Both the position numbers and the translations under genes were made by a program. A stretch of DNA of 64,000 nucleotides from the NCBI GenBank assembly GCA_046537845.1, contig JBKHKA010000004.1:24586-88585 (forward strand). Direction: 5' to 3'. The stretch is from Candidatus Aenigmatarchaeota archaeon (GTDB lineage: Archaea > Thermoplasmatota > Thermoplasmata > Halarchaeoplasmatales > Halarchaeoplasmataceae). Below, in pieces: positions 11,083 through 21,114 of the stretch (the stretch's first letter is position 1; each line of letters opens with the position of its first letter). A model generated the notes under the pieces. That model was not told the origin of the DNA. It did not search any database and saw only the letters and a program-made list of their open reading frames with translations.

Positions 11083-11221
11083 CCGAACCAAGAAACTCTC
11101 TGCCTTTTTGCTTGCATGATAGGATGAAGGGGAGTATACTTGAATACCAAAAGACCAAAAACGTACCAAGACAATCCTTAAATATATAAAACACCGTTGA
11201 CAATTGAGAGGTAATTTTCAT

Positions 11222-11380
11222 ATGAAGAAGATCAAAAAGTGTCCTTCATGCGGGGGATACACGCTCGCAGAGTACTGCGATAGGTGTGACGAGAAGACGG
11301 TGTCACCTAAACCACCGAGCTATTCACCTGAGGATAGGTATGGAGAGTATAGAAGAAAGCAGATCAAAAGATCAAGATGA
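11222..11380 (+). CDS. nop10: H/ACA ribonucleoprotein complex subunit Nop10
   Basis: I translated it by hand: MKKIKKCPSCGGYTLAEYCDRCDEKTVSPKPPSYSPEDRYGEYRRKQIKRSR. It has a Zn-ribbon CxxC..CxxC and the SPEDRY motif characteristic of archaeal Nop10. At 52 aa it falls below the ORF-track cutoff. Confidence 0.8.
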   Translation: MKKIKKCPSCGGYTLAEYCDRCDEKTVSPKPPSYSPEDRYGEYRRKQIKRSR

Positions 11381-11415
11381 TATTGATAGTAGAAGAGAAA
11401 AGTTGAGATGATAAG

Positions 11416-12192
11416 ATGGATGATATAATCATAGATTTCGTAAAGAAGCCGGAACTTGAGGAAGCGATCCTCATCGAGGGTCTGCCAGGAGTAGGAAATG
11501 TAGGCAAAATAGCAGTGGAACACCTGATCGAAGAGATAGACGCGGAGAAATGTGCAGATATCTATTCGGTCTACTTTCCTCCACAGGTATTGGTAGATGA
11601 GGAGGGCCTATCGAACCTGGTGAATAACAGGCTTTACCACAAAAAAGATGTGGGGGAAAGTGATATCGATATCTTACTGCTCACTGGAGATTACCAGGGG
11701 ATGACCCCTCAGGGCCAGTATCAGCTTACCGACAAGATACTTTCGGTTGCAGAAGAGATAGGCGTGGACAGTGTGTTCTCATTAGGGGGTTACAGCAAAG
11801 GAGAGATGATCGAAGTGCCGGAAGTATTGGGTGCAGCCACGACACCTCAAAAGATCGAGGAGATGAAAGGATTGGGAGTGAAATTTTCAGAAGAGCACCC
11901 CTCCTCCGGTATCGTGGGGGCCAGCGGTCTTCTGCTTGGGCTCGGTGAAAAGCTCTACGACATGAGTGGTGTATGCCTGATGGGAGAAACATCGGGTTAC
12001 TTTGTCGACCCTGCCGCGGCTAGGGCCGTGTTGAAGAAATTGGTCAAATATATCGATCTCGAGATAACTTATGAGAAACTGGACCAGAAAGCTGAAGAAG
12101 TGGAAGAGTTGACCAACAAAGTCAAAGATATGGATATGGGGGGGCTTCAACAGCAGGAAGGTGGAACTGAAGACTTGAACTATATAGGTTGA
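11416..12192 (+). CDS. PAC2-family (proteasome assembly chaperone 2-like, COG1938) protein
   Basis: LIEGLPGVGNVGKIAVEHL is the conserved PAC2 N-terminal motif. Length is 258 aa. Confidence 0.7.
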   Translation: MDDIIIDFVKKPELEEAILIEGLPGVGNVGKIAVEHLIEEIDAEKCADIYSVYFPPQVLVDEEGLSNLVNNRLYHKKDVGESDIDILLLTGDYQGMTPQGQYQLTDKILSVAEEIGVDSVFSLGGYSKGEMIEVPEVLGAATTPQKIEEMKGLGVKFSEEHPSSGIVGASGLLLGLGEKLYDMSGVCLMGETSGYFVDPAAARAVLKKLVKYIDLEITYEKLDQKAEEVEELTNKVKDMDMGGLQQQEGGTEDLNYIG

Positions 12193-12241
12193 TGAGATCT
12201 GAAGGTCGACACCACTTCGACTGATTGGAACAAGTGATAGG

Positions 12242-12988
12242 ATGGATAAAGATAAGAGGATGAAGGTATATCTCAAAGGATATAAAGAGGGTCAGGAAGA
12301 GGCTTGGGCCGATATAAAGAGTATGCTCTCTAAGTTCGATGGATGGGAACTCAAAAGCAGGGTGGAAAGCAGGATAGGAACTCTTTATCAAGAGGTAGAA
12401 TCAAAGAAAGAAGAGTTGAAGGAGAACGAAGAGAAACTTATATTTGAGGAAGAGGGCCTGGAGGAAGAGGGAGAAAAAAGGACTACAGATGTCCCGTGGA
12501 GACCTGGGGATGCTTACCTTTTTGTGGAGAATAGATTAAAAGCGGGCATAGAGGTTTTCGACCAAGTGGTAAGGGGCGGAAATCCGATCTTACTGATCGT
12601 GAGGGATCCCCCATCTAAAGTCATGGATGGATTCGATGATATTTTGACTGGAGATAATTTGAAGTTCGTTTGGCTGTCTAGAAAGAAGAACCACGATGAG
12701 CAGAGAGATGAAAATGAGATCGAAAGGATATCTCCAGGTGATCTATCGGGGCTATCTCAGGTGATAGGAGATTTTTTTGGTTCGCACGAAAGAGCCGTGG
12801 TCCTGCTTCATGGGATACCATTCTTACTCAATTATAATGACGAAAAGAAGGTCCTCAAATTACTTCACTTCACCCACGACGAGGCTACAGAGAACAACGG
12901 TTGTGTGGTTGCCTCAATATCAGGAAATGCAGTGGAGGAGAAATTTTTAGAAAAAGTGAAGGGCGATTTTGATCGCAGCTTTGAATAA
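12242..12988 (+). CDS. Hypothetical acidic protein (weak resemblance to archaeal DUF835-type proteins)
   Basis: It is a 248-aa ORF with coding-like composition. I cannot recognise a defined catalytic motif. Confidence 0.45.
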   Translation: MDKDKRMKVYLKGYKEGQEEAWADIKSMLSKFDGWELKSRVESRIGTLYQEVESKKEELKENEEKLIFEEEGLEEEGEKRTTDVPWRPGDAYLFVENRLKAGIEVFDQVVRGGNPILLIVRDPPSKVMDGFDDILTGDNLKFVWLSRKKNHDEQRDENEIERISPGDLSGLSQVIGDFFGSHERAVVLLHGIPFLLNYNDEKKVLKLLHFTHDEATENNGCVVASISGNAVEEKFLEKVKGDFDRSFE

Positions 12989-14349
12989 TGAGGAAGAATG
13001 AGACGATGTATATCTTCTACGGCGAAGGGGAACTCCTTGACAAGATCGAAAAGTCCGCAGAAAAAAGAAAAGAAAGGATAGAATGCTCCGATCATCGAGA
13101 AGTAAAAAAAGAGGGCCTATCAGGATTTGTCAAGGATAATATTTCAGAGGTAGACGTGGTAACATTCATCTATTTAGAAGAGGAAGAACTGCGGGCAGTA
13201 TCGAGCGAGGTAAAAGATATATCTCCTGAGATAAAACAGCTCGCACTCCTGAAAGAAGGGGCTGAAAAGGAAGATGGGGAACTTTCAGTGGATAGTGTTC
13301 TTGTTAAAGACGACCTTTTGTGCGATTCTCTTTTCAACACAATAGATCATCTTTTTTTGGAGAAGAAGAGCGAGGATTTGAAAAAGGCGATATCCAAGAC
13401 CGACGGAAAGATATCGATCTTTATCCATGACAACCCAGATCCGGATGCTATAGCGTCAGCTATCGCTTTGGAAGAGGTCTGTGCCTTAGAGGAGATAGAA
13501 GTCATGACTTACTTTGGAGGTTCCGTGGGGCATCCGGAAAATGAGATACTCCTGCAGAATACCGATTTTTATATTAAAAATATCGATAGTTCTTCAGTAA
13601 AAGAGGTCCTTGAAACTTCTCAGAAGATAGTGTTCATAGATTTTGCTGATCCATCTGTAACGAACATACTACCGGAGGACGTGGAACCAGATATCGTCAT
13701 CGATCATCACTACACGAGCAAGGATATCAGGGCTGTAGAGTACGGTGAGATAAGGAACGATGTTGGGGCTACCGCGACCATCATGACGAAACATCTTCAA
13801 AACCTCGATATCTCCATCGACCCTTTACTGGCCTCCGCGTTGTTGATAGGTATAAAAGTGGATACACACGATTTCACCAAAAATATATACCCTGCAGATT
13901 ACAGGGCCATATCTTATCTTTCCGCATTGGCTGACAAAGACATCTTGGACCTGCTAAAGGAACCAGCTATCTATCCAGAAACTCTAGATGCTATGGGAAG
14001 AGCGCTCACGGATAGAAAAGTGAAGGATACTGTTCTTACCGCTTACGCTGGAGAATTATCTCATCGAGACGACCTCCCTCAGATAGCGGAATATCTGCTG
14101 AGAGAAAGAGATATACTGACCGTTTTAGTCTACGGGATAAAGGATGGCAAAATACATATGTCAGCTCGAAGTAAAGACATGCAGATAAACGTTGGTAAGG
14201 TGATGGAAAGCGCTTATTCAGAGTCGGGACAAGGTGGCGGGCATAGACACGCAGCAGGCGGTACCGTCCCACTCTATAGGTTCGATGACGAAGAAGAGGC
14301 GGTAAAAAAGATAAGAAAATTGTTCATCGAAGAGGTGTTCAGAACATGA
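12988..14349 (+). CDS. DHH-DHHA1 family phosphoesterase (NrnA/RecJ-like) with a roughly 130-aa N-terminal extension
   Basis: IFIHDNPDPDAIAS is DHH motif I, VIDHH is the DHH motif, and GGGHRHAAGG is the DHHA1 GGGH motif. Confidence 0.8.
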   Translation: MRKNETMYIFYGEGELLDKIEKSAEKRKERIECSDHREVKKEGLSGFVKDNISEVDVVTFIYLEEEELRAVSSEVKDISPEIKQLALLKEGAEKEDGELSVDSVLVKDDLLCDSLFNTIDHLFLEKKSEDLKKAISKTDGKISIFIHDNPDPDAIASAIALEEVCALEEIEVMTYFGGSVGHPENEILLQNTDFYIKNIDSSSVKEVLETSQKIVFIDFADPSVTNILPEDVEPDIVIDHHYTSKDIRAVEYGEIRNDVGATATIMTKHLQNLDISIDPLLASALLIGIKVDTHDFTKNIYPADYRAISYLSALADKDILDLLKEPAIYPETLDAMGRALTDRKVKDTVLTAYAGELSHRDDLPQIAEYLLRERDILTVLVYGIKDGKIHMSARSKDMQINVGKVMESAYSESGQGGGHRHAAGGTVPLYRFDDEEEAVKKIRKLFIEEVFRT

Positions 14350-15008
14350 GGCCGGCATATTCCCAAGTGAGTTATCAAAAGAAAGAAGGGTTGAGCGGCA
14401 CTGAGAAGAGGCATCTAGCCATAGCATTGGGCGTACTCACCTTAGCCTTCGCCATAAGCTTTTCGGGTGGATATAGGGGTATAACTTCGGGCGGCTTTCC
14501 TCTCCTGTTATTGGTCTCGTTCATCTCCGTTGGAACCGCCTTTTTGTTCCATGAATTGGCCCATCGAAAGCTCGCGAGGCAGTACGGCTGTTGGGCCGAA
14601 TTCAGGATGTGGCGGTGGGGTCTGATGATGGCCCTTTTGTTCAGCTTGTTCGGTTTTGTTTTTGCAGCTCCTGGAGCGGTGGTGATAAGAGGAAATATCA
14701 CTAAAGATCAAAATGGTAAGATCAGCGCTGCCGGCCCCGCGACGAACTGGGGAGTCGGTGCCGGATTTTTGGCTGCCTCCTTCATCTTGAAATTTTCCGG
14801 CATACCCTATTTCTCGCTGCCGTTCATCCTTGCCTTCGTGGCATTCGTGAACCTCTTCATAGGGGGTTTCAATCTCTTACCTTTCGGCCCCCTCGATGGT
14901 AGAAAGATATTCAGCTGGAGTGTGAAAAATTATTTTCTGCTGGTGGTTCTGATCGTGGGCACTTTAGCAGGAGGGTATCTTCTCGGGCCTTTCTCAAGTT
15001 TCCTCTGA
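14346..15008 (+). CDS. Site-2-protease-like M50 family membrane zinc metalloprotease
   Basis: HELAH lies inside a TM segment, and there is a downstream FNLLPFGPLDG motif. The protein has multiple TM helices. Confidence 0.7.
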   Translation: MRPAYSQVSYQKKEGLSGTEKRHLAIALGVLTLAFAISFSGGYRGITSGGFPLLLLVSFISVGTAFLFHELAHRKLARQYGCWAEFRMWRWGLMMALLFSLFGFVFAAPGAVVIRGNITKDQNGKISAAGPATNWGVGAGFLAASFILKFSGIPYFSLPFILAFVAFVNLFIGGFNLLPFGPLDGRKIFSWSVKNYFLLVVLIVGTLAGGYLLGPFSSFL

Positions 15009-15033
15009 GACCTCTTAAACCGCTTGAACCGCT

Positions 15034-15654
15034 TCACTTCCTAGCTCTTCCCCAGCAGTATATGAACTCGTACTCGAAAACTTTTCCGGGGCACCTTTCG
15101 CTGTGGAATATCTCGAAAAGATTCAATCTTTCTTTGATCTCATCTAAGGTGTAATATGTGTAGTAGCGTTCGTGTTCATCTATCACACTGGTCTCGAACC
15201 CTTCTTTTTCGCCTTCTTTGAAGCTGAAGCAGAATACACCGCCGGGCTCGAGTATCCTGTACACTTCCTTTTCGACGTGAGAGAGCTCCGACTTTGGAAT
15301 ATTTACGATCGAAGCGTTAGCCCAGGCCCCATGAAAAGTATCGTCGGGGAAAACGGTGTCTCTCATATCTGACTGGAGAAAACTAGCCTTGGGATATTTT
15401 TTTCTGGCTAGAGAGATCATACCTTTTGAAAGATCGATCCCTACAACATCCGCTCCTTTATTCCTCAAGTACTCGGTATCTCTCCCATCTCCACAACCCA
15501 GGTCTATCACTCTGGGCTCGGGGCCTAGACGAGCTAAAGTTTTATCGAGCATCTTTTTCTGGAACTCTCTGTTCCCTTCTTCTTCTGTCTGCTCACAATA
15601 TTCTTCAGCTATCTCGTCGAAAGCTTTTCTGGTCTTTTCTATCGGATCCATCAT
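15034..15654 (-). CDS. Class I SAM-dependent methyltransferase
   Basis: AFDEIAEEY, motif I VIDLGCGDGRD and the post-I acidic residue are present, along with LEPGGVFCF. The 5' end overlaps the upstream radical-SAM gene by about 50 nt. Confidence 0.75.
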   Translation of the reverse strand: MMDPIEKTRKAFDEIAEEYCEQTEEEGNREFQKKMLDKTLARLGPEPRVIDLGCGDGRDTEYLRNKGADVVGIDLSKGMISLARKKYPKASFLQSDMRDTVFPDDTFHGAWANASIVNIPKSELSHVEKEVYRILEPGGVFCFSFKEGEKEGFETSVIDEHERYYTYYTLDEIKERLNLFEIFHSERCPGKVFEYEFIYCWGRARK

Positions 15655-16627
15655 CTGCCTCTACTTTTTGTTTCTTCATTTTTCCTATCCCTAGTTCCCC
15701 TATAATTCTTTCCATCTCGTCTTCCGTAGGTTCTCGAGGATAGTTGCGATGTTCTTTTCTCGGTGACGAAGTATAATATGGTCGGTTGCAGTCGGGGCAT
15801 CCTCTGGTTTGAAATGCTTTCTTGGCATCCACTTTTTTGAGAGCCTCCTCCGGTTCGTTTAATACCATCTGGAGAGTTTCCTTGACTTCCAGCCCTTGCG
15901 CCAAAAGAGCTCTTGTTAGTTGAGCTTGTCTGTAGTATTTAAGATCGACTTCTTCTTCTTTCTTCTTATAGGAGAACAGGGAGACTTCAGCACCGACTTT
16001 CATACATTTTTTTACCGCCAGGCCCAACTCTTCTAGATTTTCCCCCAATCCAACGATGATATGAGCCGTTGCCTTTCCTTTTCCAAATATATCCACGGCG
16101 CTACCTAAATAGTGCCAAAACACTATGGGATCGTAGTTAGGCTTTTTTTCTTTCCTGATCTCGTTGGTGGCTGCGTCGATCCCAACTCCTATCCTATCCA
16201 CTAGACCTTTGATATCTTTTAGGGTTTTCTTTTCTAGAGGCGGAGCGGAGAGAGAGATGGGTTTTTCCATCCCATCCTCCTGTAAGCTTTTGAGTACAGC
16301 CTCGGATTTACTCTCGTAGTCTGGAACATCGGGTATTTGTATACAGATCCGGGAGAGGTCCGAATCTTTTATCTTCTCCCTGACTTCGTTGATCTCGAAA
16401 AGAGGCCAAGAGACTCTTGAAAGCCATCTTTGGTTCCCTTTCGATTGTGGGCAGAAGGTGCATCCCCCTCGACATCCTTGTTCTTCACCTGTCAGCATCA
16501 AGTAAGCGGTCGTGGTTTCCTCTTTACTTTTCCCCGGCTTCAAACGAAGTCTCTGTGCTGTCCCGTAGGAAACCCTTATTTTCTCTTCAGAATTCAATAT
16601 TGATCCCACTCCCTTTCGTAAGTCCAA
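15605..16627 (-). CDS. Radical SAM protein (possible LipS-type lipoyl synthase component, given the adjacent lipoate ligase)
   Basis: CRGGCTFC is a CxxxCxxC radical-SAM cluster motif. A C-terminal CPDC pair is also present. It sits next to an LplA-family gene. Confidence 0.65.
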   Translation of the reverse strand: MDLRKGVGSILNSEEKIRVSYGTAQRLRLKPGKSKEETTTAYLMLTGEEQGCRGGCTFCPQSKGNQRWLSRVSWPLFEINEVREKIKDSDLSRICIQIPDVPDYESKSEAVLKSLQEDGMEKPISLSAPPLEKKTLKDIKGLVDRIGVGIDAATNEIRKEKKPNYDPIVFWHYLGSAVDIFGKGKATAHIIVGLGENLEELGLAVKKCMKVGAEVSLFSYKKKEEEVDLKYYRQAQLTRALLAQGLEVKETLQMVLNEPEEALKKVDAKKAFQTRGCPDCNRPYYTSSPRKEHRNYPREPTEDEMERIIGELGIGKMKKQKVEADDGSDRKDQKSFRRDS

Positions 16628-17451
16628 CTTTTGGAGGCGTATTTATCTTCTAAAGTCGATGCCAGCTTTTTTTCTTCCTCGCTCAGACCTCTTTCTTCCA
16701 CTTCGCCCCCAAAATGCTTTTCGTATTCTTCCTTCATCATATATATCAGCTCATCGGGGTCAGGCTTTTCTCCTTTCTCTTTCTGTATAGTGGTCACTAG
16801 GTCCAAAAAATTTTTGGCCCCTTTTTCCTTCATTTTTTTCTCATCCAATTTTAAGATCTTGGAGAGCTCTTTCAGGTCCGTACCATACATCAATGTGCCG
16901 TGCTGAAGCATGCCTTTTTTACCCCTTCTCTGGGCACTGCCAGATATCTTTTTATTTCCAACCAATATATCATTATATGGCTTGAATTTCGCATCCAATC
17001 CCAATCTTTGAAGCGTATTTATTATCGGCTGCAGATTTTCTTTGAAGCTCTTCTCGATGTCGCCGTGTTCTTTTTCAGTCACCATCGAGTAGGTTATCTC
17101 GCCGTGATAATCGTGGAAAACCGTGCCTCCACCGGTGATCCTCCTCACGTAAGGTATCTCTTTTTCCTTACACCGTTCTGCATGGATCGTCTCATCCACC
17201 GGTTGAGTGTAGCCCAAAGTTATCGCAGAAGGTTTGAAACGGAAGAACCGGAATATAGGCTCTTGCCCTTTCTCGTCGTAGTATCTAAGCAGCGCTTCGT
17301 CTATAGCCATCTGTTTCTCTGCTCCAGCTTCTATCAGCGGTATGTATCTAGCTTTCATAGGCCATGAATCATCTTTTCGATTATAATTTTTTCTTCTTAA
17401 AACTGAATTCTCCCAAACAAAAGTAAAATAAAGGTCATCTTTTATCTCCAA
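16594..17451 (-). CDS. lplA: Lipoate--protein ligase A family protein (LplA/LipB/BirA fold)
   Basis: MAIDEALL...FRFFRFKPSAITLGYTQ...RRITGGGTVFHD are LplA catalytic-domain motifs. The true start is probably MKARYIPL, near 17358. Confidence 0.75.
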   Translation of the reverse strand: MEIKDDLYFTFVWENSVLRRKNYNRKDDSWPMKARYIPLIEAGAEKQMAIDEALLRYYDEKGQEPIFRFFRFKPSAITLGYTQPVDETIHAERCKEKEIPYVRRITGGGTVFHDYHGEITYSMVTEKEHGDIEKSFKENLQPIINTLQRLGLDAKFKPYNDILVGNKKISGSAQRRGKKGMLQHGTLMYGTDLKELSKILKLDEKKMKEKGAKNFLDLVTTIQKEKGEKPDPDELIYMMKEEYEKHFGGEVEERGLSEEEKKLASTLEDKYASKSWTYEREWDQY

Positions 17452-17469
17452 TAAAGGAGTTCGTTATAT

Positions 17470-18624
17470 ATGAGGAGAAGAGAGAGAGATCGAAATTACT
17501 ATCTCACGTCAGAGTCAGTTACTGAGGGCCATCCAGATAAGATGGCGGATAAGATCAGCGATTCGATACTGGATGAATTGATCGAACAGGACCCGGATTC
17601 CAAAGTGGCCTGCGAAACTATCTTGACCAACGGTATAGCTTTTGTAGCCGGTGAGATATCCAGCAGTGGCTATGTTGATGTAAATGAGGTGGTTAGAGAT
17701 ACCATAGAAAAGATCGGATACACCGAGCCGGAGTATGGATTTGAAGCCGATTCCTGTGGAGTGATGACCGCTATACATTCTCAGAGTCCTGACATCGCCC
17801 AGGGCGTTGAAAAGGAAGATCAGGGTGCGGGAGACCAGGGTATAATGTACGGCTATGCTACAGATGAAACCCAAGAGATGATGCCCGTACCTATAGTTTT
17901 GGCGCACAAACTCTGTAGGAGACTCACCGAAGTGCGGAAACAGGGGCTTATAGACTACCTACGACCGGACGGAAAGTCTCAAGTCACCGTCGAATACGAA
18001 GGTACTGAAGCTAAAAGGATAGATGACGTGGTCATCGCGGCTCAGCACGATCCAGATGTAGAGAGTGAAAAGCTGAGGGAGGATATAATAAGCGAAGTCA
18101 TCGAACCGATATGTGGAAATATGGTGGACGACAATACGAGTTTCAACATAAATGAAACCGGTAGATTCGTGATCGGAGGGCCTCAAGCCGATACCGGATT
18201 GACGGGGAGGAAGATAATAGTGGACAGTTACGGCGGACATGGAAGTCATGGGGGTGGATGTTTTTCCGGCAAAGATCCCTCTAAAGTAGACCGTTCGGGC
18301 ACATACATGGCTAGGTACGTAGCCAAAAACATCGTCGCCGCGGAACTCGCAGAAAAATGTGAAGTCCAACTGAGCTATGCGATAGGTGTTCCGGGGCCGA
18401 CCAGCGTCTTCATCAACACCTACGGCACCAACGAGCTGGATGAGAGAGAGATAGAGGAGTTGGTGCGTGAAAAATTTCCTCTAAAACCCAGAGATATAAT
18501 AACCCACCTAGACCTGTTGAGGCCGATCTACGAGCAAACGGCTGCCTACGGCCACTTTGGAAGAGATGAACCCGGGTTCACGTGGGAAAATACAGACCTA
18601 GTCGACGAACTCAAGCGGCGGTAA
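17470..18624 (+). CDS. metK: S-adenosylmethionine synthetase, bacterial/eukaryotic (MetK) type
   Basis: [25 protein letters not shown] and the DPxKVDRSG region align closely with E. coli-type MetK. This is not the distinct archaeal MAT family. Confidence 0.9.
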   Translation: MRRRERDRNYYLTSESVTEGHPDKMADKISDSILDELIEQDPDSKVACETILTNGIAFVAGEISSSGYVDVNEVVRDTIEKIGYTEPEYGFEADSCGVMTAIHSQSPDIAQGVEKEDQGAGDQGIMYGYATDETQEMMPVPIVLAHKLCRRLTEVRKQGLIDYLRPDGKSQVTVEYEGTEAKRIDDVVIAAQHDPDVESEKLREDIISEVIEPICGNMVDDNTSFNINETGRFVIGGPQADTGLTGRKIIVDSYGGHGSHGGGCFSGKDPSKVDRSGTYMARYVAKNIVAAELAEKCEVQLSYAIGVPGPTSVFINTYGTNELDEREIEELVREKFPLKPRDIITHLDLLRPIYEQTAAYGHFGRDEPGFTWENTDLVDELKRR

Positions 18625-18666
18625 AAAGTAAAAGATGGTGCGTTGAAGTTTAAATACCCGTTTTCC

Positions 18667-19215
18667 TCAATCTAAGAGCCCGGCCTTTTTGAGCTCTTCT
18701 TTTATCTTTTCCACTCCATCTTCCAGCTGTTCTTCGTTCTTCCCTCCGGTGCAGACCATCCTTCCGGATCCGAAAAGGAGCAGAACCACCGGTGAGTCAT
18801 CTAACCTATAGACCAGACCTGGGAACTGCTCGGGCTCATATTCAACTCTTTCCAATCCAAGTGTGATAGCCACAGAGTTAAGATTCAGGTCTGTATCTAA
18901 CTCATAAGAAGCTACGATGTTTTGGATCTCAGCCTTAACTTCATCTGCGGTATCTATTCCTCCTTCGTTCAAAAGTCTCTTTATCTTATCTACACTCTTT
19001 TGAGGTTCATCGAGTGTGACACCGCCAGTGCAGACCATCTTTCCGCTGGAGAAAAGCAGAAGAGAGGTATTCGGTTCGTCCATCTTGTAAATGAGTCCGG
19101 GGAACTTATCTGGATCGTATTCTGAACCTTCGAGCGCTTCGTGCACGTCCCAGAGATCCAATTCTTTTCCTATCGAGGAAGAAGCTACTACGTTTTCGAT
19201 TGTGAGACCTTCCAT
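18667..19215 (-). CDS. tbp: TATA-box binding protein
   Basis: It has two direct repeats, with ...VASSSIGKELDLWDV... and ...SGKMVCTGG/SGRMVCTGG. Length is 182 aa. Confidence 0.9.
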   Translation of the reverse strand: MEGLTIENVVASSSIGKELDLWDVHEALEGSEYDPDKFPGLIYKMDEPNTSLLLFSSGKMVCTGGVTLDEPQKSVDKIKRLLNEGGIDTADEVKAEIQNIVASYELDTDLNLNSVAITLGLERVEYEPEQFPGLVYRLDDSPVVLLLFGSGRMVCTGGKNEEQLEDGVEKIKEELKKAGLLD

Positions 19216-19371
19216 ATATTATCACTCTCTTCAACCTAAATATAAAGCCCTATTTAAAGGCAAGGGTCAACCCTAGCGTATATGTACAAATCACTCCTCA
19301 AAAGGTCTAGACTATTGACGAATAAATAATTCGACAATTTTATATACTCCCTTATCATAAACTCCCTCGAC

Positions 19372-20043
19372 ATGACGGAGTTGAATGAAAAGATAGCTGG
19401 AGAGATAACCGTTTCTGAGAACCCGGGAGAGATCATAAAAAAATGGAGGGAGATGTTCGATGTGTCTCAGACAGACCTAGCCGGTCATATGGGTGTGGCT
19501 CCGTCGGTGGTCAGCGATTATGAAAAAGGGCGACGGATGCCGGGAACCCCCCTAGTAAAAAAGATCGTTGGCTCTCTTATAAGTATAGATAAAGAGAGGG
19601 GAGGCGAAGTGATCGAACGTTTTTCTAAGCCGGGCCAGGAAGGTATATTGAGTATAGAAGAATACGCCAACCCCGTTTCTTTGATAGAATTAGTGGAAAG
19701 GATTCGAGGAGATATAGTATCCCAAGGGAAGTGGGAACGTGAGATCTATGGTTATACGGTTATAGACAGCATAAGAGCTATCTTGTCAATGAAATCTTTC
19801 GATTACCTCAGCATATACGGCTGGAGCACCGAACGGATACTCTTCTTTGCAGGAGTAGAATATGGGAGGTCGCCGTTGGTGGCGATACGGTCAACTCCTC
19901 TAACTCCAGCAGCCGTAGCTTATGTGAAGCCTAAAAAGATCGATGACCTATCACTAAAATTAGCCGAAGAAGAAGGCGTTCCTTTGATCAGGATCGATCT
20001 TGATGTTGATGAATTGATAAAAAAATTGAAAAAAAGGTCGTGA
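19372..20043 (+). CDS. XRE-family (Cro/C1-type HTH) transcriptional regulator with a C-terminal domain (archaeal COG1395-like)
   Basis: IKKWREMFDVSQTDLAGHMGVAPSVVSDYEKGRRMP is an HTH_3 motif. Confidence 0.65.
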   Translation: MTELNEKIAGEITVSENPGEIIKKWREMFDVSQTDLAGHMGVAPSVVSDYEKGRRMPGTPLVKKIVGSLISIDKERGGEVIERFSKPGQEGILSIEEYANPVSLIELVERIRGDIVSQGKWEREIYGYTVIDSIRAILSMKSFDYLSIYGWSTERILFFAGVEYGRSPLVAIRSTPLTPAAVAYVKPKKIDDLSLKLAEEEGVPLIRIDLDVDELIKKLKKRS

Positions 20044-20049
20044 TGTAGT

Positions 20050-21114
20050 ATGAAACCGAAGGAAGATGTAGGTATAAAAGGATATGCAGGTTATGTACCC
20101 AAATACAGGATAACCCCCAAGGAGATAGGTGAAGTATGGGGGAAAGACGGAGAGATGATGGGAAAAGGTCTCCGGATAAAGAGTAAATCGGTACCTTCTC
20201 CTGATGAGGACGTGGTCACCATAGCTACACAGGCTGCCAAGTGGGCCGTGCAGAGAACGGAGATAGAGAGTAAGGACCTAGAGGCGATCTACGTTGGTTC
20301 GGAGTCACATCCTTACGCGGTGAAGCCAACAGCTACCATCGTTGCGGCTTCTCTAGCCGCTTCGCCGGACCTTACAGCGGCCGACTACGAGTTCGCCTGT
20401 AAAGCAGGAACTGCTGCATTCCAGACGTGTATGGGTCTCGTGGCTTCCGGCATGATCAAGAACGGTATGGCCATAGGAGCAGACACCTCTCAGGGTGCCC
20501 CGGGAGACGCGCTCGAGTATTCCGCCGCTGCGGGAGGAGCCGCCTACATAATCGGCTCCGAAAATATATTGGCTAAGATCGAGCACACCTGTTCTTACAC
20601 CACAGACACCCCCGACTTCTGGCGCAGAGAAGGAGAAAAATATCCTCAGCACGGTGGAAGGTTCACTGGTAAGCCAGCGTATTTCAAACATATCACGAAC
20701 TGTACGAACAAACTTTTAGAGGAGACGGGAAAGGAACCGGAAGACTATGATTATGCGGTCTTCCATCAACCCAATGGTAAGTTCCCGATGAAGGCGGCAA
20801 AGAAGATGGGTTTTTCACAGGAACAGATAGATCCAGGACTCCTGGTTCCCAGGATTGGTAACACCTATTCAGGTGCGGTACCGCTTGGCTTAGCCGCAAC
20901 TCTAGATCAGGCTGAACCAGGTGATGATATATTGGTAACTTCGTACGGCTCCGGTGCAGGTTCTGACAGTTTCGATATCAAGGTCACCGAGAACATAGAG
21001 AATGTAAAAAGTCAGGCCGTACCCGCCATACAAGAAGTGATCGCTGAAGAAGAATTCATAACTTATTCGAAATACGCAAAATTTAGAGAAAAGATACACG
21101 AAGGAGGTGCATAA
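20050..21114 (+). CDS. hmgS: Hydroxymethylglutaryl-CoA synthase (archaeal type)
   Basis: [11 protein letters not shown]...[17 protein letters not shown]...[12 protein letters not shown] matches archaeal HMGCS. It is the first gene of the conserved HMGCS/thiolase/DUF35 trio. Confidence 0.9.
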   Translation: MKPKEDVGIKGYAGYVPKYRITPKEIGEVWGKDGEMMGKGLRIKSKSVPSPDEDVVTIATQAAKWAVQRTEIESKDLEAIYVGSESHPYAVKPTATIVAASLAASPDLTAADYEFACKAGTAAFQTCMGLVASGMIKNGMAIGADTSQGAPGDALEYSAAAGGAAYIIGSENILAKIEHTCSYTTDTPDFWRREGEKYPQHGGRFTGKPAYFKHITNCTNKLLEETGKEPEDYDYAVFHQPNGKFPMKAAKKMGFSQEQIDPGLLVPRIGNTYSGAVPLGLAATLDQAEPGDDILVTSYGSGAGSDSFDIKVTENIENVKSQAVPAIQEVIAEEEFITYSKYAKFREKIHEGGA

